Shown: positions 48,842-60,121 of the stretch, piece after piece
Layout: the number at the start of each line of letters is the position of its first letter
How positions within the stretch are numbered: position 1 is the stretch's first letter
Origin: Paramoeba atlantica
Taxonomy: Eukaryota > Protista > Discosea
Length of the DNA: 64,000 nucleotides
NCBI GenBank assembly: GCA_977017575.1
Contig: CDRNVI010000030.1
Span: forward strand, 620,001-684,000
Reading direction: 5' to 3'
Position numbers and translations under genes: made by a program
Notes under the pieces: generated by a model
Databases searched by the model: none
What the model saw: the letters and a program-made list of their open reading frames with translations, nothing else
Told to the model about the DNA's origin: nothing

Positions 48842-49575
48842 CAGTGCTCGAAAAAATTAGCAAAACATTTATTGTAAAATAGTAAAAAAGTTTTACTAAT
48901 TAAAAATTCACTAATTTTTGTTTTACTAATTTTTGCACTGCCCCAAAAAATTTGCCAACTTGATAAAATCAATTTTTACAGAAACGGTATTTCTGTCGCT
49001 TGAGTAGGCTGCCTCCTCTAAGGTCGGCGTTAGTACCATCTGCAAAATGGTAATGCTAGGGAAGACCGCGAGGAGGTCCCGACCATGCTTCCCCATGCTG
49101 AGTGTGTCAGGCTTCAGTGAAGCGTATTACAAAGAAAATCCTTACAAAGAATATTCCCCCAAAAGGGATTGACTTTTACCCCCTCCCATACAATGTCCCT
49201 ACATGAGTATTTTCTTAAATATGAAAAAAATCTCTTAAATACAAGAGAGCGATGTTTCGCGTTCGCGGAGCGGAGAAAGTCTTTTAAAAATAGGAGTATA
49301 ACGAACAAGAAAGTCGGAGATTCAGAAAAAAATCAGGAGCGGGGAAAGTAACATGTGTCTGTAGCACAGAGTAAAAAACACCCCCAAAAAATAATATTAA
49401 TAAAAATCTTGCTCACAGAAATCTTGCTCGCTTTCGTGCGACATAATCTGAATAATAGTAATCTGAAAACGTTTCGTAAAAAAAGATAGAATTCCGAAAA
49501 AAACAAAAAAATGTAAGGTGTAAAACCTGAATTTTGCAAAATGTTTTACTAATTAAGAATTTACTAATTTTTAAA
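48842..49575. mobile_element. Non-coding element starting TA|CAGTGCTCG, near-identical to 63263-64000
   Basis: ~730 bp direct match with few substitutions. Tc1/mariner-like left end. No inverted right end seen. Confidence 0.75.
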
Positions 49576-50445
49576 ATATTAATTAAGAATAACATAAATT
49601 AAGGTAACTTTTTTTTGGCACATAATTATTACCTTAATTTCTGGTACCTTAATTATTATTTGGAGCTCATATTTCCGATGTCGATATCCTTCGAAACTTG
49701 AATAAAATTTAGTTGAAAGTACCTACAACACCTTTGACCAGATGAGTTAGAATATTAGTCCATACAGAATATAGTCCATGCGTAGAATCATCATTCGGAA
49801 TTAGAACATTAGATAACACACCTTTAAACTCGCGCACCTGTGTATTTAAGTAAGCAATGTTCAGCCTGGTTTAGCCCAAATACGTGTAAGTTGGTAGTAG
49901 CATTCACATTACTCTGGTTAGCTCGCGTTTTAAACATGCCTACCTTGTACGATTTTTGAATGCACGCTGATAGATTCTAAGTTGAAAATAACCACCGCCT
50001 TTCACGAAGCGACTAGAATAGAAATTAATTATTACAGCAGATTTTCGGAAAAATGAGTGACACATAATTATTACCTTACTTTCTGGTACCTTAATTTTAA
50101 TTACCTTAATAAGTGTTTTGACGGTAGGATTTATGGTGAAGACGTGGTCAATTTTTATGATTTTCATAATTATTTGTGACAGAAGTGAAGTCCTAAGGAA
50201 GTTTGTACTCGAAAATATGGTATAAAACAAAGTTTTGTGTTAAAAAATGAAGTTACGTCTGAAAAATGTATGATCAGGTTTTTTTATGTTTTTTTTAGGA
50301 ATGGGTGCAATATAACCCGTCTGTAGCCAAAAAATGAGAATGCGTCTCTGAATGACCACGTCAACGTGCAACTCCATTTGAATACCAAAAATGAGAATGA
50401 CCAAAAAAGTTCCATACAGCTTCTGCACTTCCTCTTTATACCTAA

Positions 50446-51024
50446 AGGGGGGGCTCGTTTATTGTTAACATTTTTTTCGAGCATTTTTTGCTAACAATAA
50501 TCGAATGTTAACAATAATCGAACTTTTACCCCCCAATGTTAACATTATACGAGTTGCAATGAAAGTTCGAATATTGTTAACAATGAGGAGTATTTGGGCA
50601 CTCTCTGGAGGTCACTGAAGGTCACTGGCAATCGCCAGAGCTACTAACGACTCTCCAATGACACCTCTTTAGGGAACTGCGCAGTTTTCAATTGCCATAC
50701 AGTTTCATACAAAACTGAGTTATGCGAATCGAAGTGCGATGTCGGGTGAGGTACCGTTTACTTGCCTTCTCAACGTTTTATCTCTGGAGGCTGCCATCGT
50801 CGGGCGACTGAAAGTTGTTTCAATAACATAGTTTCGAATATCGTTAAGCGCATCATTTTTCTTATCATGAACGCTATAAAACATGACCATAGGGAACAAA
50901 AAAATTCAAAAGCCACACGAAAAAACCGAAATTAATTCATTGTTAACAATAATCGAATGTTAACAATAAATGAATTTATTGATTGTTAACAATAATCGAA
51001 TGGTAACAATAAACGAGCCCCCCT
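50446..51024. mobile_element. MITE with AGGGGGGCTCGTTTATTGTTA TIRs (Kolobok-like ends; CTAA/TTAA flanks)
   Basis: Inverted termini plus subterminal TGTTAACAATAATCGAA repeats. Confidence 0.7.
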
Positions 51025-51142
51025 TTAATATTACTCCCCCTATCCTAGAGTTGCCTCGTTTGCCTTCAGTGAAAAGGGGTACCGTTGCTGAGACTGGAAA
51101 AGAATTAATTATAGCTGACAAAAAGTTCTTATTGAATGATCG

Positions 51143-53335
51143 CTAATGCGTTGCCAATGTGATGTCTGTGGAAAGCAACATAAAGAAAAATGACGGAAAA
51201 GTGGACGTTTTCGAGTTATTCGACGAGTCCAGTCGCAAATCAGTGAAACCTTTGAACATAATTTTAGAGAAAGAAGCAACCACAGCTTCCACTATGGATC
51301 TGTCCGTGTCCTTATCATTACCCAACAAATACTTCAGATATGACACGACATGCAGAAAACTATGGTAATTTACCTTTGGGAGCAGGGAAAGGACACGAAC
51401 ATATTCAGTTGGATGACTTTCTGAAAAAAGGTGCTGATAAAAAAGCGGTACAATTGGATCTTGTAGTGAACTTAAAAAATGGACAAAAATGGAAGCAATT
51501 GTTTTTGCGTCACAAGTTGCTAGAGCGGCAAAGTTTCCACAATCCAGGTCGTAAAAGAAAGGATTCAATGTGTCGATATGATCAATTGTTTCAAAATCAG
51601 CGAAACGAACATTTGTAGTATAAAGGCAATTAATTAAGTGCCAGAGTTCCTTTACGGAGTAAAATTCATGTGAAAATTCGGTCTTTCTCAGATTCCTAAA
51701 TCCCTCGATACATGAAGTAAGTCCTAAGGAGTGAATGTTATCTAAAGTGTTGCCGAAACAAGAGGGATACAAATAAGCAGAAGCCAGAATATGTTTCGGA
51801 GGCCCATAAGAGGGTTGCAAGACGATGCATTTGCTTATTAAAAAGCGCTCAACGCCACAAAAGGGTGGATAGTGCTTTTGAAATTGCAGGCTTTCTGTAT
51901 CTATTATGGCTTCAAAAGTAAATGAAACCTCTTCAGAAGGAAATATAATTCTTTCCAATGGAGTAACAGAAAGCCATTCGGATTGAATCAAAGGTGTATG
52001 GGCATTAAAGGGCGGTATTTCCGTGGAAGATGCCGGATACTCAAAGCGATAAGCGTTAACTTTGATAACTGAATGCCCCAAGTTCCTTGCAAGAACTATC
52101 ATTTTCTTTTTTGCACCGTAGAACAACTTTTCGAACAGAACTGTATGTGTGTTTAGTTGCAGACCAGGAACAATTACGTTATCATAGCCCTGAGAATCAA
52201 TTTGCTTTCTAAGAGACTGAATCACTATGCTCCGTTTGCGGGGCACTTCCTTTAGAACTGAAAGGGAAAAAACTGCTGACAAAGGCTTGTGATCACTGCA
52301 TTTGATGTCACTGAAAGTATTTACTTGACGCAATTGAACCATGCACCCTAAAGACGAATTTCGAACAGCGGTGTTACGCACCCACCACAAAATACGATCT
52401 GTATAGGCCGGAACTCTTTTCTTTTCGGATGAATCAAAAGTAGAAGAGCCTGGATCATAACGGTACGTAGGAGGAAAATTTGGTGTAGCTTCTGAAAAAT
52501 TAGTCCAGCAAGAGCAACGAGAAGCTAGCTGCTCATGCAGTTGGTCTTTTTCCATCAAAAGATCCCAACGTTTTTGCTTAACAAGTAGAGAAGCTTGCTC
52601 CTGAGTATATCCTTGGACACGATAATTCAAATCTCCGAAAACAAGAAGAATGTCATGATCCTTCGGTAGAACAGGACATCCAGAATTACTGCTCTCTACA
52701 ACGAGGCTCTGCAAAATAGACTCGAAGTCGCGGTTCCTTTTGTTCACCTCGCTTACATGTGCGGCTAAGTGCAAGTTTACGAAAAGTATCGAAGTGCGAT
52801 GAATAACGAGTCGAATGCCGATGGCACCTTTGTTTCCTAAAGTGCCCATCATTGAACCGGTAGCAAGCGTTGTGACTTGTACATCTTTCACGGAATTCTT
52901 TAAAGAGTTGTGTGCAAATACAGCCAGATAAAGTCCAACCATTTGTTTGGATGTTAGCAACTCGTATTCAGCTTGCTTTTTAAAAGCAGCTGATCTGGTG
53001 TAGGAGGTAAGCAAGTTGGTCCAATACAAGGATGCGTCCGTTTCATTGCGCACCAATGCTTGAGGACTCATATCAATTTCTTGCAAACCAACAACAAGGA
53101 GCGCAGGGTTCGATTCAATTCGAAGCCACGAGCTAAGATCCTCAGTCGTCCGGCGCTCATTGACATTAAATGTACACACCACAATAGGTATTTCAATTCG
53201 CTTGGTAAAATTTATGTAGTAGTAGTCCAATTGCTCCGTAATCCATTCCTGGGCGCTCTTAGGTAAACCCCGCTCATCACCAGAGAAAATTGGAGGTAAA
53301 ATTTTAGACATACATGTACATAGGAAAACCATCAC
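51143..53335 (-). CDS. Inositol polyphosphate 5-phosphatase, OCRL/INPP5B-like (5-phosphatase, ASH, RhoGAP-like)
   Basis: TFNVN, GLQEID, GNKGAI, FGDLNYR, PPTYRYD, PAYTDRILW, SDHKP, then a C-terminal RhoGAP-like helical region (FLSSLQDPIVP). Confidence 0.9.
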   Translation of the reverse strand: MMVFLCTCMSKILPPIFSGDERGLPKSAQEWITEQLDYYYINFTKRIEIPIVVCTFNVNERRTTEDLSSWLRIESNPALLVVGLQEIDMSPQALVRNETDASLYWTNLLTSYTRSAAFKKQAEYELLTSKQMVGLYLAVFAHNSLKNSVKDVQVTTLATGSMMGTLGNKGAIGIRLVIHRTSILFVNLHLAAHVSEVNKRNRDFESILQSLVVESSNSGCPVLPKDHDILLVFGDLNYRVQGYTQEQASLLVKQKRWDLLMEKDQLHEQLASRCSCWTNFSEATPNFPPTYRYDPGSSTFDSSEKKRVPAYTDRILWWVRNTAVRNSSLGCMVQLRQVNTFSDIKCSDHKPLSAVFSLSVLKEVPRKRSIVIQSLRKQIDSQGYDNVIVPGLQLNTHTVLFEKLFYGAKKKMIVLARNLGHSVIKVNAYRFEYPASSTEIPPFNAHTPLIQSEWLSVTPLERIIFPSEEVSFTFEAIIDTESLQFQKHYPPFCGVERFLISKCIVLQPSYGPPKHILASAYLYPSCFGNTLDNIHSLGLTSCIEGFRNLRKTEFSHEFYSVKELWHLINCLYTTNVRFADFETIDHIDTLNPFFYDLDCGNFAALATCDAKTIASIFVHFLSSLQDPIVPLFYQHLFSESHPTEYVRVLSLLPKVNYHSFLHVVSYLKYLLGNDKDTDRSIVEAVVASFSKIMFKGFTDLRLDSSNNSKTSTFPSFFFMLLSTDITLATH

Positions 53336-54020
53336 ATGGCTTCATTGAAAATAAAGAGAAACACAGTAGTGCCGTGACGAACATACAGTGGTAATTACGT
53401 TGAAGGTAATAGCATACCCCCGCGCGCATTAGTTACATAGTATTTTGGCCTATTTTACTAATAGGTGATATGTATTTAATAAGTGACTTTTTAATTTCTC
53501 GTAACTAACAAGTGATTTTTCAAGACGTCGAATTTGAACTTTATGAGTTATGAGTAAAAGTGTTTCACAGAACTTTTGACGATACCTTGTCCCCCCGATC
53601 TTGCTTTAAATGTGCAGTAATCAGCTTACTGAATTACTGGTCGAACAAAAAATTTGACATTTTTTTCGAGTGATGATTGTTAACGAGGTCAACAACGTGC
53701 GCAGGGTAAACATCTTGATCAAGGGTTTGCTGCACCCATTCAACAGACTGAGACATTACAAGAGAACAAAAAAAGAAGTGTCGCTTGGAAAAAGCAAAAT
53801 TTTCTAATGACTTGTTCTGAACTTTGAAAATGACCGACAATAAAGTCAAAAAGTATTTTGGTCCGCCGCGGAAGGAAAAATAAAGTCGGACCAATATTTA
53901 TGTTGACCAAATTTATTGGGGCCCAATAAAAGTGGACCAAATTTTCTGCTCGGACGGTATTATGCTTCTTATAATCATATTATTTATTAGCAGAATAACA
54001 AGTTCGTTCGATTCTTCGTC

Positions 54021-54413
54021 TCACCTGAGAACAGAAAAGCGAGAAAATTCGGTCTCAAACAAGCTCAAAAATGTAGTCAATTCTGCTATAGCACAATCCG
54101 CAGCTTGAAGAAGTGCCTCCTTGGGCCCACCACTTTTTTCAGTATCCCTTACAATAGTTTGGACCTTTAGTAGAACCTTGTGCTCAATGGGATGCTGTAC
54201 CTTGTAAGCTGAAAAGGCAACTGAGTTATCATCATTTAATCGCATTCGAAGTAAATTTGCTAACGTATGATCTTCTTTGTTAATCACAACATTGAGCGTA
54301 CTGGGCATTTTGTCATCAACAGCAATACTTACCTTAGGACCATCCTCCGGCATATCTACATTTGTTCCGCGCGGGAGGAAATTAAATGGAATACGTTCTG
54401 CGTGTACACTCAT
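54021..54413 (-). CDS. RPB11: RNA polymerase II subunit RPB11
   Basis: DDKMP...INKEDHTLANLL...YKVQHPIEHK...VQT fits RPB11 better than the AC19 paralog. Confidence 0.85.
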   Translation of the reverse strand: MSVHAERIPFNFLPRGTNVDMPEDGPKVSIAVDDKMPSTLNVVINKEDHTLANLLRMRLNDDNSVAFSAYKVQHPIEHKVLLKVQTIVRDTEKSGGPKEALLQAADCAIAELTTFLSLFETEFSRFSVLR

Positions 54414-54798
54414 GTGAAAATGGACTCAATAAGAATTTTGAATGAAAAGTTTGATGTGTATATCACTGTATTACTCTAAAATACAGGAAATGTAGCTCGA
54501 AAACTCCTCTGAAGGGAAAAAAATAGAAAGAAACGAGGGTGAAGATGACACGTGGAGCATGCTACAACAGCTCATCTTGTAAAACGAAAGGGAATAAACC
54601 GAAAAATCAGGTTATAGTTTAGAAAAAAGACGAAAAGAAAAATATTGTGAAAGTGGATACTATACGTTCGTTGTCTGCACCGGTAATCTTATTTTCCTAA
54701 ATTGAACTAAAGTTAACAATTTTATAGTAACTCCCTGAGAGTCAGACCTGAACCCCTGTACGTATTGGGAACAGAGAAAAAGATTCGAAGTTGAAAGA

Positions 54799-55749
54799 TT
54801 AAGGTTTGTGATAGTTTTGAATAGATTTGGTGCTGCTTACCGTGAATGAAGAGCGCATATTTCCAGCGGTTTTCTCAAGGCAAGGAGAACCACTACGATC
54901 TTTGACAGAGGTCTGGTTTAGTGTATTAAAGGCGAATTTTGATTCCTGTTTTTCGATGATACGGTTCTTTACAAAAAAACGCTCTTTTGGTTTCGAAGGT
55001 TTCTCATCTGTTTTTTTTACGGATCGAAGACTCTTTTGTACTGAAGTTTCGCGTGGCGCTATAGACTCTCCATGTTTTTTTTCTCCATCGAGTGTTTTAT
55101 TTGATAACTTTACAGATTTTTTGGATTCAGGAACTTTTTTCGTTTTCTTTGTGTTCTCTTTTGCCTTTTTTCTTTCTCTGGAAAATTTGAATTTTACGCT
55201 TTGCTTCCTAAATACGCGCTCTAAAACGTCTTGAACCAGTACTGTCACTTGTTTTTCATTTTCTTCTGATATTTTTGTTTCTAGCCACTCCACAACATTT
55301 CGGGGGATTGGAGAAAGAGCAGGGTCAGCGCTTCGCACAAAAGTCTTGTAATGTGTCTCATTCGATATATTGCTAGTCACAGGACGAAAAGGAGTGATTG
55401 TAGCTTGTACGGGAGCGTATTCGATATAGAGGTTGTGCGGTGTCCCCTTCTTGTCATACACTATGACCCCATTGAGACGAGTTGCCAGAGAGCGAATTGC
55501 AGTTTCAGAATTCATGTACACCAATGCGTATGAGTATCGAAGCGGTTTATGTTCATTTGACGGCGAATGTCCGGCAACAAAGTGATGCCAAGTTACTTGA
55601 GCTCGTTGGTCACCAATAAGCTTGACAAATTCCTTCTCTTTCATGTCTGGCGGAAGGTGTCTTACGGTAATTTTTAAAGACAGACATTCCCGCGACATTA
55701 AAGCGACAAAGTAAAGAATCAGGGGATAACCTACGATTGGTGGGAACAA
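54799..55749 (-). CDS. UPF3: Smg-4/UPF3-family nonsense-mediated decay factor
   Basis: KITVRHLPP, YSYALV, IEYAP.Q RRM-like signature and HYKTF, followed by a basic low-complexity tail. Confidence 0.75.
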   Translation of the reverse strand: MFPPIVGYPLILYFVALMSRECLSLKITVRHLPPDMKEKEFVKLIGDQRAQVTWHHFVAGHSPSNEHKPLRYSYALVYMNSETAIRSLATRLNGVIVYDKKGTPHNLYIEYAPVQATITPFRPVTSNISNETHYKTFVRSADPALSPIPRNVVEWLETKISEENEKQVTVLVQDVLERVFRKQSVKFKFSRERKKAKENTKKTKKVPESKKSVKLSNKTLDGEKKHGESIAPRETSVQKSLRSVKKTDEKPSKPKERFFVKNRIIEKQESKFAFNTLNQTSVKDRSGSPCLEKTAGNMRSSFTVSSTKSIQNYHKP

Positions 55750-56558
55750 ACATTTTAATGAAAAACTTCATAGGTGTATTAAACCACATTCCCGATTACG
55801 GAGGGGAAATTAAGAGGGGGGGCACGCGTCTGTGGTGATCGGCAGAATATGGCAAAAATGGGCAATAATCTGCTGTTAACGAGGACTGCGGCGGAGAAAA
55901 AAATGTTTCATGTCGAAAAAAATCGAAATTTGCGATACCCATCTATCTTCTAAAGGTGTCGTAACTTGTCTTTTTTCATCATTTTCATTTGGCAGTAGAC
56001 AGGGGTATGGGCGGACTGCCCGAAATATCACCTCGCATACAACATAGTCGTCGTAGGTACAAACATTGAAAAACAAAATTGAATTAAATGGGGGGTCTAG
56101 GGGGGGGCAGAGGGGGGCAAGGGGGGGAACACGTACCCTTATAACGCATAAAACTCGCACCCTTAGAGGGGTGAAACTTAAGAAAACGTCACCTGGACGA
56201 ACCGAAGCGAACCGACCCAATCCCATTGAAACCAATGGCGATTTCTACTTGGCGTTTTTTTCAAAGCTTGCTGCCAACTTTTCATGTTCAAAAATAATGT
56301 GCACTTCTATATCATTTTCTTGTATACTCCCATATTATACGTTGCAGTCCTAGAGGCACAGTTCTGTCTCTGAGAAGTGTAGTCTTTACTGAAAGAGAGA
56401 GAAAACCTCTAGTATCATGGAAAATTTCCTTGCAGTATGGAGGTGCCGGTGATGGTACGGACGCATGTACTTTCCCTCTCATTACCGGTGAAACTTTAAT
56501 AAAGCGTAACATTAATTAACGTAATGTCTGGTGAGAAAAAAATGTTTACGTTAATTAA

Positions 56559-56675
56559 TTTCTTTTTTAGGCTCTTCGTTAAACGCGGTGGTTGTTTTCA
56601 ACTTAGAAGTCACTCATGCTGCGCGCTTCGCGTTGAAAACTACCACCGCGTTTAACGAAGAGCCTAAAAAAGAAA
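56559..56675. repeat. Stand-alone Repeat A terminal hairpin
   Basis: 44-bp arms with one mismatch and a 29-nt loop. No Repeat A body adjacent. Confidence 0.9.
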
Positions 56676-56700
56676 AATTGGTAAAAGATCATGAATAAAC

Positions 56701-56915
56701 ACTTCTTATTACGCGGCTAGTTCTCATTTAACCCTGCTAAACCGGTCCAAAGCCCGGGGTCACCATCTGTTGTGTTTCACATCAGTGGTAAAAATGGGGA
56801 TGGAAGGAGGATTACGAATATTGCAGGGCAGAAAAAGAGAGGTGGGGGGTTGAGGCGTCCGACTATGGGCTTTGACCAGCAGGGTTAAAGGAGAACTAGC
56901 CGCGTAATAGGAAGT
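56701..56915. mobile_element. MITE with 38-bp TIRs
   Basis: ACTTC(T/C)TATTACGCGGCTAGTTCTC(A/C)TTTAACCCTGCT is inverted at both ends. No clear TSD. Confidence 0.75.
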
Positions 56916-57304
56916 TATGCTTCACTAGAACCTGCTCAGGGCAGTGATGCGCACTTCCTGCAACGGGCGGAGGTCGGACGCCTAGCCTGGTACTGCAGCG
57001 CAGAGGGCTACTGTGAGTCCTAATGTATATTTTTAAAAAATCATTATCAGAATGACGACGGCATTTCATTTCTGAGACTAGGTAGTAATATCCAGATAAT
57101 ATCGCACATTCTTACAATTTTTGTAAATTTATTTTCTATAACTAGGTTTTAGATAAAAACATTCTTCATAATACATGGAGCATACCGCATATGCATCAGA
57201 AGAAATATCCCATAGATACCACTCAGTGAGGAGTTATTTAGTTCGCCATAGGGCGTATTGAGTCCTCGACTCTCATAGATACCACTCAGTTAGGAGTTAT
57301 TTAG

Positions 57305-57636
57305 TTTTTCCAAAATCGTTTCACCTATTGTATTTTGGTAGTTTGGGACCTATACTAGCTTTCTGCGCAGTTGTTTTCGCAGGCTATCGCTTCTTCGAGC
57401 CGTGGTATGCCCGCGAAATTGGTCCATTTTTGAATAGAAACGGTGAAAAAGTATTTTTCGGACCCCAAGGAGACTTTTTGTGTTGAAAGAATGGTGCGGT
57501 TGGAGTCGTATTCTCCACCCAATACGTTCGATAGGTTTTCATTCATGCCTACGAGTGATTTCCCGCACGCAAATGTCGGATTTAGTGCTCTGAGAGCAAA
57601 AATACGCAAAAATGACCCCATTTTTACCCGAAAATA
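57305..57636 (+). repeat. Repeat A, internal fragment (a diverged fragment also at ~61365-61655)
   Basis: Matches the central consensus. Confidence 0.8.
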
Positions 57637-57732
57637 GCAATCTTTCGTAAATAACTCGGTGTACTGTGCATAAGTAATGTAGTAAATAGAGCAACTTGGT
57701 TTTATTCTCCTATTGTAGATTTTTGTTCTACT

Positions 57733-58615
57733 ATGCACAGTACACCGAGTTATTTACGAAAGATTGCCATTGAAAAACTTGAAAACGGATCTGCACTTCG
57801 TGGAGTGGCCGCCGATTTAAACTTAAGCGTAGGAAATGTCAGCCGCATTATAAATAAATATCTTCCATCGCTATCTAGACAACCAACCGGTCGCCCACGT
57901 AAGCTGAGTGATACTTGCCGTAGGCGCGTCCGCCTTCTTATCACTAGCGGCGCCACAAAAGACGCAGTTGCCGCCAGCAAAAGGTTGAGAGACGAAGGTA
58001 TTGCGGATGTTTGCCCGGAAACCATTCGGGTTTCCCTTCGTAAGTGTGGTATGAAGGGAAAGAAGAGGGTCAAGAAGCCCTACCTTACGAAACGTCACAA
58101 GGCTCTACGTCTTGCTTTTGCAAGAAAGTACGAGCATTGGACGCACGCCGACTGGGGACGTGTACTTTTCACGGATGAAACGAAGATCTGCCGTTTCGAG
58201 TCGAATGGTAGCCGGTGGGTTTGGGTAGACTTTGGGGAGGAGCTGTCTGAGCGAAACACACAAGGTACGCTCAAGTATGGTGGCGGCTCCATCATGATAT
58301 GGGGTTGCATGATGGGGCACGGTGTGGGAACCATTGAGCTGGTTCACGGGAATATGAACGCCGAGCAGTACGTTCAAATACTGCAACAAAATTTGCCCCC
58401 TTCCCTACAAAAGCTGAGTGTCACGAAGGATTGGATCGTCTTCCAACAGGATAACGATCCGAAGCACACGAGTAAGAAGGCTCGCGATTTTTTAAATTCG
58501 CAGGAGCTGTGTGTGCTTGACTGGCCCCCTCAGTCTCCCGACTTAAACCCCATAGAAAACCTATGGGTTGAACTGAAAAAGGCAACGGCAGATTACCCCG
58601 ACCCACCCGCAGGAA
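57733..58615 (+). CDS. Tc1-family DD34E transposase, C-terminally truncated and read through to 58713
   Basis: VLFTDETK, GGSIMIWG, FQQDNDPKH, WPPQSPDLNPIENLW. Confidence 0.92.
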
Positions 58616-58619
58616 TGAT

Positions 58620-59824
58620 TTATCCCCCGTTTTTTTCTCGAAGAAGTCTGATTCGGGACGGGAAGCTCGTCAAAGTATTATTATACGATGCTTTCATATC
58701 AGATAATAGATAATCAAACGCTTTTGGAATTGCAGCTTGTAGTTCCTTACGGTTTGTTGGGCGGAGAGTAAATTTTATGTGGTGAGCCATCATGCTCCAC
58801 AAATTTTCAATTAAATTTAAATCCGGCGACTTGGCAGGCCAATCAGGAATGCTGATACCCATGTCTCTGCCGACGCGGCGAGCGTTTGAATGGGAACCCC
58901 CCATTCAAGGCTCACCGCCATCCAAATATGAACCCCCTTTCCTCCGAAATATTTCTCAACATCTTTTGGTACCTCAAGGGGTTCATCTGACCTTTTGCAA
59001 ATGTACCAAATATTGCGTGAGTGGTACCCGCATTTAAAAATCTTTTCATCCGTCCACAGAATACGGGCGTATTGAAAAGGGGTGAACCTCTCCAAACGAT
59101 TTGCCAACTCCAGGCGGTCGAATTTGTGCTGAGGCGTGAGATGAGGAACTTTCCTCATTTTTCTGCTTATGTACCCGCTCCTTTTCAGTGATCTTTTCAC
59201 AGACGAAAGAGAGCATGGGTACTTGGTTTGATCGATCTGGCGGTGAACCCACCTCCAAGATGGACAGCCAATGGGACTACGTTGATTTTCTTCATCTACA
59301 ATAGATTCTAACATTATTCGAAAGTCTTCATTATCAATCGCATTCTTACGTATGTATTTTATACGTTCTAACCCTCCTGTCTCCCGGTGGCGTTTAACCC
59401 ATCGAGAGACAGTTACTTCACTGCATTTCATAAGAGCAGCAGTGTCTGTAATCGAACGTCCCTGGTTTTGTACCTCATGGACGCAAATTACACGTGTTTC
59501 ATAAGTGATTTGTTGCGTCGAGAGGGTGCGCCTCTGGCGGCGAAGTGTTTTCGGCATAAAAGATGTGTTAGAAAGAGTTAAGTGGTATTTTATTCATAGA
59601 TTAATGGGCTAAAATGATAAAAAATGATAAAAATCTGATTTTTTGCAGAATTTTCAGGTAAAAAATTCAGTAAAATTTTATCATGACGTCATATCAGCTT
59701 CAGGGGCGGCAACAATGGTGCCAGTAGTCTTAAAATTTCGAGATCTGTTGAATGCCGAAGGAATTAGGTCAAAAGCTCGCACGGTACAAATTTTAGACCC
59801 CCCACTTTTTTCGTGATCCCCCTG
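58620..59824 (-). mobile_element. Second Tc1-family element, internally deleted transposase, left TIR CAGGGGGATCACG at 59824
   Basis: ILWTDEK, VHIWMAVS, then a shifted frame with WPAKSPDLNLIENLW. TA at 59825-59826. Confidence 0.85.
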
Positions 59825-60121
59825 TATACTACAGCGTTATCCTCTGATTCTCTTTGGTAAAAAATAAAAACATTAAAAAATTTCGAAACATTTGAACACT
59901 TTTTTGAGTTACTCAAGTACAGTCCAGGTATACTGGGTCCAGTTGTACTGGCCTTTAGTACTGGTCTTTAGTAGATTTGACTGGAGTATCCCTCAAATTC
60001 ATAGAATGAGAAACCATGTTCGAATAAAAAACTCCCAAATTTTTGAAATATTGGGATTTTTTAGTAAAATCATGCTATTTTTTCGTGTTTTTTCCTAAAT
60101 ATTTTTGACCCAGGGGGGGGG

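Noticed and set aside
57211-57305. Two ~33-bp direct repeats (CATAGATACCACTCAGT.AGGAGTTATTTAGTT) separated by ~30 nt, like a mini-CRISPR
   Set aside because: Only two units, no leader or cas genes. A local duplication at an element junction is simpler.
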